From an uncultured Bacteroidales bacterium (lineage in GTDB: Bacteria > Bacteroidota > Bacteroidia > Bacteroidales > Paludibacteraceae): 64,000 nt of DNA. The notes beneath the pieces were generated by a model. That model saw nothing but the letters and a program-made list of their open reading frames with translations, ran no database searches and was not told the origin of the DNA. The position numbers and the translations under genes were made by a program. Positions 23,725 through 31,570 of the stretch are shown here, in pieces. The stretch is taken from assembly GCA_902798965.1 (NCBI GenBank), contig CADBYS010000005.1, positions 23,640 to 87,639 of the forward strand. Reading direction: 5' to 3'. How positions within the stretch are numbered: position 1 is the first letter of the stretch; each line of letters starts with the position of its first letter.

Positions 23725-26700
23725 TCAATACTTTACGCCTTGTGCGTTGTAGGTATCGCCGTCGCGGTTGATAAGCAGTTGGCCATCACGGATGGATTTC
23801 GTTACTTGCGATGCGCGGTCATTACTGACGGTGGAAACAGCATCGTCGATAGGCTCGGCGGGCAGCGGCTCGCGGCGAGTGGTGAACGAGTTGTCGAGTT
23901 TCGGCATCGTGAATACCATCAGGTTGTGGTTGGTAGGCGATACGACATACAGGTTACCTGCAGCGTCGAACTCGCAAGCCATGGTCACACACGACTCGGC
24001 ATCTTCGCCGTAGTGAATGAGGTGACGCAGGGTGAGCGTAGGCACGTTCTTGGCGTTGTAGGTTACGCCATATACGGCTATGGTGCTCAGTTCGCGACCG
24101 ATAGCTACCAGATTGCCGTCGGGCGAGACAGCCATACCACCTTGCTCCGAACCGCCGATAGCGGAACCGCAGTTGTAGTCGATCTTGCCACCGGTGATAT
24201 GGATGAGCGAAGGTACGGCTTCCGACGAAGCGTAGCGGTACTGACTCATCCACCAGCCACCACGACCGTCGGGATAAAGCTGACCCGAGCCATTCTGCAT
24301 CTTACCATACTGGTTGTCGTTATATACGATGGACGAGGGCACTTGGTTCCAGGGCAGGGTTGCCGAACCGAGTTTGTACTCGTTGATGCTCGTAGTGATA
24401 GGCGACGAGGCGATATTATGATCCATAGTGTACAGAGTTTTGGCGCTGCCTACACCCGTGAGATAACAGCTCATCACAGGGTTGGTCACCACATCGGCAC
24501 CGTTCTTGATCACGCCGGTTGTCTTGTTACGTTTGCCGGTGAACACCTCGGTAAAGGCTGCTGCGGGGTCAGCAGGGTTCATGATATATACGCCACTGGA
24601 GGTAGCCGTAGCGGAAGGAACAAACACATCGCCATCGGGGGCAACCGACAGACGCGACAGTGCCATCTGATAGCTCTTGCCCTGGTTGTGCGCACCCCAG
24701 GTTACACTGCCTGAATAGGCGTTTGTGCCTTGCGAAGTGATGTCCGTCCAATCGGACGAGAGGACATACACACCTTGTTTGGTGGTACGCATATCGGCAT
24801 TGCCACCCTCGGCATCGGCAACGTAGATACGACCAAAGAACGGGGAGTTGGGTGTCTTATCCACTGCAACACCCATCGGCGTAGCGAAGCTGAAGATAGG
24901 ATCATCGTCGCTGAGTTGTGCAGGGTAGCTGACAGGCTCAGCGGTAACGGTCAGTTCATATACATCGAAATCGGCGGTGTTGAAGGGATTGTCGATCTCA
25001 TGACCACCCATAGCCAACGCACCCAGTTCGGTGGAGCCTAACTCGTTGCCTTCCTTCGAAATCTTCAGGGTGGCAGTCTGAGCGTCGGTGTTCAAGCGGA
25101 AGGTGAACTTACCGTTGTTGAACTGGAGTTCGGAGGCGAAGATGTTCGCCACTTCGGTGATGCTTGATACGAAGTGCTGAATACCCAGACCTTCGGCAAC
25201 TATATACACGTGTATTACATATTTATCTACGTACGCGAACGCGTGTGCACGCGAGGCGTTGCCGCTCATGGCTTGGAACTGCGAGATAGCAGTCTGTGCA
25301 CCCTCGTCGATATCCCAGAGGCGGAAACCTACCTTGTCGTTTTGCACTTCGGGCTTAACCATCAAGTCGTGACCGGCATAACGGAGGAAGCAAGGGATCA
25401 TGCCATTGCTCTCGATGTTCACGTCCTTGTTCGGCATCAAGGTCACGCGGCTTTCGGCATTCAGACCGAGCAGCGTAGCGGATTGTACATCGCCAACAGT
25501 AGGATGATCCTCATCGTAGTTGAGGGAGAGCAGAGCGTTGGCGGTAGTTGTCCAGAGCGTGGCTTTCCAGTGCGGAGCGCTGGCAGCCAAGGTGCCGGTT
25601 ACGTTGCCATCGACCGTGCGTTCAGCCATCAGTTCGACGGAAGTGAACTCGGGATCGAACATATACACTTTCCAACTATTCTCTGCAGCCACACTTGCCA
25701 GGAGGAAGTTATCGGCAGCAAACGCGATATCCGAGAATACTACACCGGGGAGTGCGGGGAGCGTATCGATGGGGTTCATCTGCAGGTCGCGGCGGGTGAG
25801 TGTGCCGTCAGAGGCCAAGGCATATACATAACCTTCGCGGTATAGTACGCGCTTGAACGATTCGGTAGAAGCATGCTCCTCGCCTACCTTGGTGAAACCA
25901 TAATCCGGCAAGAGCAGGGTGCCAAGGTCTTGCTCGGGCTCATCGAAGTCGGGCAGGTCGATGCGGGTATAGCGGAGGAAGAACTTCACACCGGCTATAT
26001 CCTCGGCAGCCACGGTGACCGTTTCGGTCTTGCCAATGTAACCGCCTTTATCGGCGCGAACAGTATAGGTGCCCGGCTCCAGGTCGTAGAAGGCAAAGAT
26101 ACCGTTGTACCAATCATCAGTGATGACCGTATCGAGCGGATTGCCGTCGGCATCGCCGAGGATGACCGTAGCGCCGTTGAGCGGTAGCCACTGGTCGTCG
26201 GTATTGTTGAAATAGTAGAACTTAGGCTGCTCCAGATCGTCGATGGTCTGGTTGCTGCTCTTTACGAAACCGCTGATGCATGCCGTAGCCGGCAGCTGGC
26301 GGTCGAACCACTTGTGGAAGTACTGGAACATGCGCAGGGCTTCCAGGTGGCAATAGTCGTTGTTCATCAAGCGGTGGGTTTCCGGTGCATAGTCATGGAA
26401 ACTACCCTCGGAGAGGTGACCGGGGACAGTGAGGGGGCGTAACACACCCAGACCGGCGAGCGGGTCGGTAGGACTGTCGCCGTAGAACGTTATATCGCCA
26501 CGGATGTACGGCGTAGCACCGCTGCCCCACACGGTAAGCGGGTTCTTGATCTGCACACTGCCCGCCATGGCAGCCATCAAGTTCGAGGGAGCTACTGTAG
26601 GAGCGCCATCCTCGCCGTGGTAAAGCATCAACAGGTAATTGGTGCGCAGATTATGGGCGTTGGAGTGAATACTGAGGAAGTGATCCGCACCAAAGGCGTT

Positions 26701-27531
26701 AGCCTCCTCTGCGATCTCCGACAAGTAGCGGTCGCCGCCCGCCATGATAGCGTTGTACTCCGCCGAGCCGACTTGTACGTTCGGATAATAATCGATATCG
26801 CGTGCGCCGGAGGTATTCTCGGTACGTGAGATCATCACCGTAGCACCGGCAGCCTGGAGCATGTCGTACAAGTACAGCGCCTTGACCAAGTTCGACTTCG
26901 ACTCCCAGTAACCGGCGGGGTTCGTCCACTGTTCGGGTACGGGGATCGTCCAACAACTACGGTCGTTAGCATCGTATCCGCCATGACCCGGGTTGAGGTA
27001 GATCTTGATACCAGCGAGGCCAACTGTTCCGGTCTGCTGTGCTCGGAGGGCAGTGTGAGCGGCGATGCGTGCGCGGTTACGCTGCACCTCTGCCTGGCGG
27101 CGTTCAACGACTTTGTTCTCATACCATATTGCCTCAAAGTCGGTCATCTCGCGATGCATCTTACCGTCGCGGCTTGTGCAGAAATACTCGGCACGGTACT
27201 CGGGGACTTCGTTCGGACCATAATACTCGAGTTTACCGGCAACCATCTCGTTGTCCATCCAGGTGGGTTCGATCATCCAACCCAGACGGCGAACATTCTT
27301 GCCGTTGAGGTCGCAAACATAGGCGCCCTGATAGGCTACATAGTAAGCGATATGCGTGCGGTCGGGGCTGAGACTTACCCAGAAGTAACTGGCATCAGCT
27401 CCGTTGGGGGTGAGGACGGTTTCCTGACCAACCATCTCCACTACGATCTTACAATCGCGCACAAAAACGTTTTGTGCTGCAAGGCTCAGGCTAAACGCCA
27501 TGGCCAAAACAAAGAGAATAGATTTTCTCAT
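23725..27531 (-). CDS. Secreted 1268-aa fusion: PD40-like N-terminus, N-acetylmuramoyl-L-alanine amidase (amidase_3), CarboxypepD_reg-like domain, Ig plus beta-propeller module, conserved C-terminal tail
   Basis: Signal peptide MRKSILFVLAMAFSLSLAAQ. Amidase_3 blocks IKIYLNPGHGGYDANDRS, WESKSNL..GATVMISRT and ADHFLSIHSNAH. GATVILGDADGNPL..YDLEPGTYTVRADKGGY. NSPFFGRIYVADA and FDAAGNLYVVSPTNHNLMVFTMPK. Tail DAVSTVSNDRASQVTKSIRDGQLLINRDGDTYNAQGVKY-stop. Confidence 0.88.
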   Translation of the reverse strand: MRKSILFVLAMAFSLSLAAQNVFVRDCKIVVEMVGQETVLTPNGADASYFWVSLSPDRTHIAYYVAYQGAYVCDLNGKNVRRLGWMIEPTWMDNEMVAGKLEYYGPNEVPEYRAEYFCTSRDGKMHREMTDFEAIWYENKVVERRQAEVQRNRARIAAHTALRAQQTGTVGLAGIKIYLNPGHGGYDANDRSCWTIPVPEQWTNPAGYWESKSNLVKALYLYDMLQAAGATVMISRTENTSGARDIDYYPNVQVGSAEYNAIMAGGDRYLSEIAEEANAFGADHFLSIHSNAHNLRTNYLLMLYHGEDGAPTVAPSNLMAAMAGSVQIKNPLTVWGSGATPYIRGDITFYGDSPTDPLAGLGVLRPLTVPGHLSEGSFHDYAPETHRLMNNDYCHLEALRMFQYFHKWFDRQLPATACISGFVKSSNQTIDDLEQPKFYYFNNTDDQWLPLNGATVILGDADGNPLDTVITDDWYNGIFAFYDLEPGTYTVRADKGGYIGKTETVTVAAEDIAGVKFFLRYTRIDLPDFDEPEQDLGTLLLPDYGFTKVGEEHASTESFKRVLYREGYVYALASDGTLTRRDLQMNPIDTLPALPGVVFSDIAFAADNFLLASVAAENSWKVYMFDPEFTSVELMAERTVDGNVTGTLAASAPHWKATLWTTTANALLSLNYDEDHPTVGDVQSATLLGLNAESRVTLMPNKDVNIESNGMIPCFLRYAGHDLMVKPEVQNDKVGFRLWDIDEGAQTAISQFQAMSGNASRAHAFAYVDKYVIHVYIVAEGLGIQHFVSSITEVANIFASELQFNNGKFTFRLNTDAQTATLKISKEGNELGSTELGALAMGGHEIDNPFNTADFDVYELTVTAEPVSYPAQLSDDDPIFSFATPMGVAVDKTPNSPFFGRIYVADAEGGNADMRTTKQGVYVLSSDWTDITSQGTNAYSGSVTWGAHNQGKSYQMALSRLSVAPDGDVFVPSATATSSGVYIMNPADPAAAFTEVFTGKRNKTTGVIKNGADVVTNPVMSCYLTGVGSAKTLYTMDHNIASSPITTSINEYKLGSATLPWNQVPSSIVYNDNQYGKMQNGSGQLYPDGRGGWWMSQYRYASSEAVPSLIHITGGKIDYNCGSAIGGSEQGGMAVSPDGNLVAIGRELSTIAVYGVTYNAKNVPTLTLRHLIHYGEDAESCVTMACEFDAAGNLYVVSPTNHNLMVFTMPKLDNSFTTRREPLPAEPIDDAVSTVSNDRASQVTKSIRDGQLLINRDGDTYNAQGVKY

Positions 27532-27557
27532 ATTGCGTGTGTTTTATGGTATAAATC

Positions 27558-29522
27558 TTATTGTTTCATCACTTTCTGCCCGTTGACGATGTACAAGCCG
27601 CTATCGAGGCTCTCAACATCATCGCCCATATACACACCGAGCAGCGAATAAACGCCTTGGCGTGCGGGCTGTGCAGTGGTCATATCCAGTGCATCCTCAA
27701 TAGAGTCCTCCAGGGCAATCTCCACAGTGCGCGGTGCGCTCCACACATCGTTGGCGTTCGCCTTGCGGGTCTTGACGCGCCAGTAGTACGTGCCTAAAGG
27801 CAGCGCGGCAATGATATGTCGGGAGGAAGTAGTGAACGAGGGATCAATGGTCTCGTGGGTAAGGATGATATCCTCGAAGTTCGCATCGCGCGCAAGTTGG
27901 AAGAGGTAGCAATCCGCCTGCGGCACAAGATCCCAAGTGAAGGTGAAGGGCACTTTGCGTTTGCCGCCTTCAGCGGGCGTGAGCAGCGTAGCAGCCTGCT
28001 GTTCGGCTTCCGGTTCGCCTAACACGCGCAGCGCGTATTCGTTATTATAGCCGTCGAGCACACTTACGGCAATCTTGTGCGATTCCGTGCTTACCCCTTC
28101 TGGCAAGGTGAACGACTTGCTATAGGTTATACCTAGCAACATCTCTGCTTTGGAGAATATACCAACACGGTTCCGGAAGTTGTTCGGCACGGCATATACG
28201 GCAAAATGCACATCAGCGTCGGCATGGTTCCATGTTACTGTTTGTCCGTTGGCAGCGAGATCGGTGACCATCGTGCGTTCGGGTGCGGGCTTCCAGTTGA
28301 TTGCCGGTGGCAGAGCGTACGAAGCAAACTGCTCCTTGCGGAAAGCTTTACGGAACTTCGAATCAAATACCCACGCCAAGGTGTTGTAGAACACCGAGCC
28401 GGGGGCATTGTCATAGACAGCCACGCGGTTGAGGTCGGTTTGGTTCTGCAACTCGCTAACGGTATAGGCGGCATCGGATTTCTCGTGGTACTTATATACC
28501 GCCATGCTTGAGTAGAACTGCTTGCCGAAGGTATCGGCGAGCCTGCCCCACCACTTGCTGAGCACGGAGTAGTCCTGCCCGCCGCCGATCTTCCAATACA
28601 ACTGCGGGGAGATATAATCCACCGTGCCAGCCTTGAGCCAAGCCACAGGGTCGCAATAGATCTCCTGGTACATATTGCCGCCCGAGATGTTCGGCGGCAG
28701 ACTGATACCTTCCTGATTAGCTACTGTGTAGTTGGTAGTCCATATACCGAACGGCGAAATACCGAAGACCACCCAGGGCTTGACGGCTTGAATGGTATCG
28801 TACACGGCTTTGACCATCTGATTGACATTGTCGCGACGCCAGTCGTGCACGTTCATGTCGGCAGGTTTGTACTTGCGTACGGAAGCCGAGTCCTGATTGG
28901 TAGTACCGCCGTAAGGGTAGAAATAGTCATCGAAGATGATACCGTCGATGTCGTACTTGCTAAGCACATCGCCCACCACATCCTTGATGCGTTGTTTCAC
29001 CTCGGGCAATCCGGGATCAAGAACAATGTTGTTGCTGTAATAGAGCAGCCAGTCGGGATGCGTATTCTCGTAGTTGAGCGGGGTGTCGTTCGCTCCTGTC
29101 CACGATGCACCGGTACGCGAATAGCGGTAGGGATTCATCCACGCATGGCATTCTATGCCGCGCTTATGGCACTCCTCAATGCAGAACTGCAGCGGATCGA
29201 AGCCCGGGTACGTGCCACGGCTCACCTTCATAAAAGAAGACCATGGCTCGTACGCACTATTGTATAACGCGTCGGCACATGGACGGATATGAAAGAAAAC
29301 GGCATTTAACTTGAGCGACTGAATGGAATCGAGCATTCTGATCATTTCCTGCTTCTGAGCGGAAGCGCCGGTAGAGCTTGGCCAATCGATATTATTGACA
29401 GTTGTGAACCACGTGGCACGCATCTCGCGTTTCGGTGCGGAAGCACCCCACAACTGACACAAACTACCCCAAAGCAGCACACCTGCAAGCAGGCATATTC
29501 GATGAGTAAAAGTGGTGTTCAT
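27558..29522 (-). CDS. Glycoside-hydrolase-like family 10 (GHL10, YddW/DigH-type TIM barrel) secreted protein with FN3/Ig-like C-terminal domains and a short T9SS-like tail
   Basis: 654 aa with a signal peptide. Family block REMRATWFTTVNNIDWPS..LNAVFFHIRPCADALYNS..HAWMNPY..DGIIFDDYFYP. C-terminus DSIEDALDMTT..GVYSLLGVYMG..SGLYIVNGQKVMKQ-stop. Confidence 0.85.
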   Translation of the reverse strand: MNTTFTHRICLLAGVLLWGSLCQLWGASAPKREMRATWFTTVNNIDWPSSTGASAQKQEMIRMLDSIQSLKLNAVFFHIRPCADALYNSAYEPWSSFMKVSRGTYPGFDPLQFCIEECHKRGIECHAWMNPYRYSRTGASWTGANDTPLNYENTHPDWLLYYSNNIVLDPGLPEVKQRIKDVVGDVLSKYDIDGIIFDDYFYPYGGTTNQDSASVRKYKPADMNVHDWRRDNVNQMVKAVYDTIQAVKPWVVFGISPFGIWTTNYTVANQEGISLPPNISGGNMYQEIYCDPVAWLKAGTVDYISPQLYWKIGGGQDYSVLSKWWGRLADTFGKQFYSSMAVYKYHEKSDAAYTVSELQNQTDLNRVAVYDNAPGSVFYNTLAWVFDSKFRKAFRKEQFASYALPPAINWKPAPERTMVTDLAANGQTVTWNHADADVHFAVYAVPNNFRNRVGIFSKAEMLLGITYSKSFTLPEGVSTESHKIAVSVLDGYNNEYALRVLGEPEAEQQAATLLTPAEGGKRKVPFTFTWDLVPQADCYLFQLARDANFEDIILTHETIDPSFTTSSRHIIAALPLGTYYWRVKTRKANANDVWSAPRTVEIALEDSIEDALDMTTAQPARQGVYSLLGVYMGDDVESLDSGLYIVNGQKVMKQ

Positions 29523-29558
29523 ACAATAGCGTTTTTCTATTTGGCATTATTCCACGTG

Positions 29559-29590
29559 CAAAGTTACAAAAAAAAAATGGAATTTGCAAA
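29559..29590 (-). promoter_or_regulatory. Promoter of the GHL10-amidase-susC-susD operon
   Basis: Reverse complement of 29559-29566 is TAACTTTG. Reverse complement of 29587-29590 is TTTG, within the palindrome AATTTGCAAATT. The 20-nt spacer contains A10. Confidence 0.65.
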
Positions 29591-29668
29591 TTTTTGGAGT
29601 ATTTTTATCGTTTTTTTTTATGTAAATATGTCGAAAAACATATTTTTTGCTATTATCGAAAGATTTTG

Positions 29669-29700
29669 TTTGGAAATATTAAAAAAAAGTCGTACCTTTG
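29669..29700 (+). promoter_or_regulatory. Promoter of the TPR/PD40 gene, divergent from the PUL promoter
   Basis: TTTG at 29669-29672, 20-nt spacer, TACCTTTG at 29693-29700, ATG at 29722. The 8-bp inverted repeat aaatatgt/acatattt (29624-29645) lies between the two divergent promoters. Confidence 0.6.
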
Positions 29701-29721
29701 TAGCCGATTTCAAAAGTTATT

Positions 29722-31155
29722 ATGCGACACATATCAACCATAATCATTTTGGCGTTTTTATCGTGCACATTGGTGTACGGTCAGAGTGCCAAGCAGGCGG
29801 ACGACCTGTTCAACAACCGTCAATACACCGAGGCACGTGCGGTGTACGAATCGTTGCTGCGCAAGCAACCTACCAACCCGTTGTACCTATACCGCGCTGC
29901 GCGCTGCGCACAGGAGGTAGGAGATTTGGCAACAGCCGAAACATTGTTTATCAAGGCAGGGACGAAGTATCCGCTTAGAAACTATTTCCTGGGCGAGATC
30001 TACTACAGCCAATGGCGCATGGCGGAGGCCATAGCGGCGTACGAGGCTTTTCTGCCTTCGATTGACGAGAATCACGAGCGTTGGCAACCCGTGCAGCAAC
30101 GCATCGCTTCGGCGCAGATCATAGCCCGCTACCTAAAACATGTATCACGGGTGGAAGTAACAGGGGTGCAACGTGTGCCAAAAGCCGAGATGCTTACCGC
30201 CTACCCGCTCAGCGAGGAGGCAGGCGAACTGAGTATGGACAGTCTGGGCAATATCTTCACCACGCAACGCGGTGACCGGCGTTACTATGCCGTACGCTCC
30301 GCAGAGCAGCAAGACAGTACGACAACTGAGCGCACGCTGCTGGTGAGTCAGCAACGCTTGCTCGAGCACTGGGAGACTCCTGACACCCTGCGCGCCACGG
30401 TGAACAGCGGCACAACGAACGTTTATCCGTTTGTACTGACCGACGGTGCCACGCTCTATTTCGCTTCCGACCGTGAGGGAGGATTAGGCGGGTTGGACAT
30501 CTACATGACCCGTTACAATGCCGCGTTGGGCGAGTGGTTGCCGGCGGAGAACATAGGTATGCCGTACAACTCACCGGCGGATGACTACCTGTTTGTGGCG
30601 GATGAGCATCTTGGTTATGCTTATTTCGCTACCGACAGGCACTGCGCGGGAAGCGACTCGGTGGAAGTGTACCGTATCAGTCTGGGCGAGCGCACATTCC
30701 TACGCGGATTGCCGGAAAACGAATTGGTTGCCTTGGCGCGCTTGGACAGCCTTATCCCGCTGCTCGCCACAGCCGAGCAACCGATAGAAGCAACGCAACA
30801 GGTCGATATACCGGCTACGGTTACGCCCACTGCCAGACCCGCGCAACGCATCAAGACAGAATCAACCGACTCCATCTATTTCGTACTTTCCGACGACGCG
30901 TTGTACACGCATCTATCGGATTTCCACAACGATTCAGCACGCGTGTTGTACGAGCAATATATTCGTTTGGAGCAAGCACAGCAGCAAGCCCAACAGATGT
31001 TGGATAGTTTGCGCCATCAGTACTACGAAGCCGACAGCAACACCCGCGCCTCACTTGAGGCACGTATCCCTGCGCTGAGCGACGAGATTCTGAATCGCAA
31101 GCGTCTGCTGCGTGAGACACTATCGCGCGTACGTTCGCTTGAAACGCAGCAATAA
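29722..31155 (+). CDS. TPR plus PD40 (TolB-like beta-propeller repeat) periplasmic/outer-membrane-associated protein with C-terminal coiled coil
   Basis: 477 aa with a signal peptide. TPR helices (ADDLFNNRQYTEARAVYESLL..). PD40-type repeats (GATLYFASDREGGLGGLDIYMTRYN, DDYLFVADEHLGYAYFATDR). Gln-rich coiled coil at the end. Confidence 0.75.
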   Translation: MRHISTIIILAFLSCTLVYGQSAKQADDLFNNRQYTEARAVYESLLRKQPTNPLYLYRAARCAQEVGDLATAETLFIKAGTKYPLRNYFLGEIYYSQWRMAEAIAAYEAFLPSIDENHERWQPVQQRIASAQIIARYLKHVSRVEVTGVQRVPKAEMLTAYPLSEEAGELSMDSLGNIFTTQRGDRRYYAVRSAEQQDSTTTERTLLVSQQRLLEHWETPDTLRATVNSGTTNVYPFVLTDGATLYFASDREGGLGGLDIYMTRYNAALGEWLPAENIGMPYNSPADDYLFVADEHLGYAYFATDRHCAGSDSVEVYRISLGERTFLRGLPENELVALARLDSLIPLLATAEQPIEATQQVDIPATVTPTARPAQRIKTESTDSIYFVLSDDALYTHLSDFHNDSARVLYEQYIRLEQAQQQAQQMLDSLRHQYYEADSNTRASLEARIPALSDEILNRKRLLRETLSRVRSLETQQ

Positions 31156-31162
31156 CGGCAGT

Positions 31163-31229
31163 AGTTGACCAAGCTTGGTCAACTAATCATAGCTATCAAC
31201 AATATCTCATTGACCATTCTTGGTCAATG
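31163..31229. repeat. Two related perfect palindromes sharing the core TTGACCA-N4-TGGTCAA
   Basis: agttgaccaagcttggtcaact (31163-31184) and cattgaccattcttggtcaatg (31208-31229). They lie just 3' of the TPR/PD40 gene and before the real terminator. Confidence 0.85.
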
Positions 31230-31239
31230 ACCAACACAC

Positions 31240-31270
31240 AAAAAGCGGAAGTTTTTGACTTCCGCTTTTT
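31240..31270. terminator. Bidirectional Rho-independent terminator (TPR/PD40 gene on plus, tRNA-CAT on minus)
   Basis: gcggaagt (31245-31252) pairs with acttccgc (31258-31265). The stem is flanked by A5 upstream and T5 downstream. Confidence 0.8.
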
Positions 31271-31306
31271 CTTATCTCGGCATTAAATGCCTCGAACGAT
31301 TATTTG

Positions 31307-31381
31307 TGGTCCCACTAGGGCTTGAACCTAGGACCCCCTGATTATGAGTCAGGTGCTACTAACCAACTGAGCTATGAGACC
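31307..31381 (-). tRNA. tRNA with anticodon CAT (elongator Met, or Ile2 if lysidine-modified)
   Basis: The reverse complement is GGTCTCA-TA-GCTC-AGTTGGTTAG-TAGC-A-CCTGA-CTCATAA-TCAGG-GGGTC-CTAGG-TTCAAGC-CCTAG-TGGGACC-A (75 nt). Met and Ile2 cannot be told apart by eye. Confidence 0.88.
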
Positions 31382-31570
31382 CCGCGTTCGGCAAATCGTG
31401 CTTCCGGATGTCGCGCTGCGACATTAAGCGCACGATTGCCTCCGCTCTTCGAAAAACATCGTTACACGATCTTTTTCGAGTATTTCAATGAACCCTTCTA
31501 TAGAGAACTTTCTTTACAAAGAACTCATCACAAAGACTTCCGATAAGTGTTCGGCAAAGCGAACGCTATT

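Noticed and set aside
29567-29577. The A10 homopolymer in the spacer of the PUL promoter, considered as a slipped-strand phase-variation switch.
   Set aside because: The same kind of A run (A9-A10) occupies the spacer of the rpsA promoter (2987-2995) and the promoter at 66-75. It is therefore a general feature of strong promoters here rather than a locus-specific contingency tract. All inspected spacers are exactly 20 nt.
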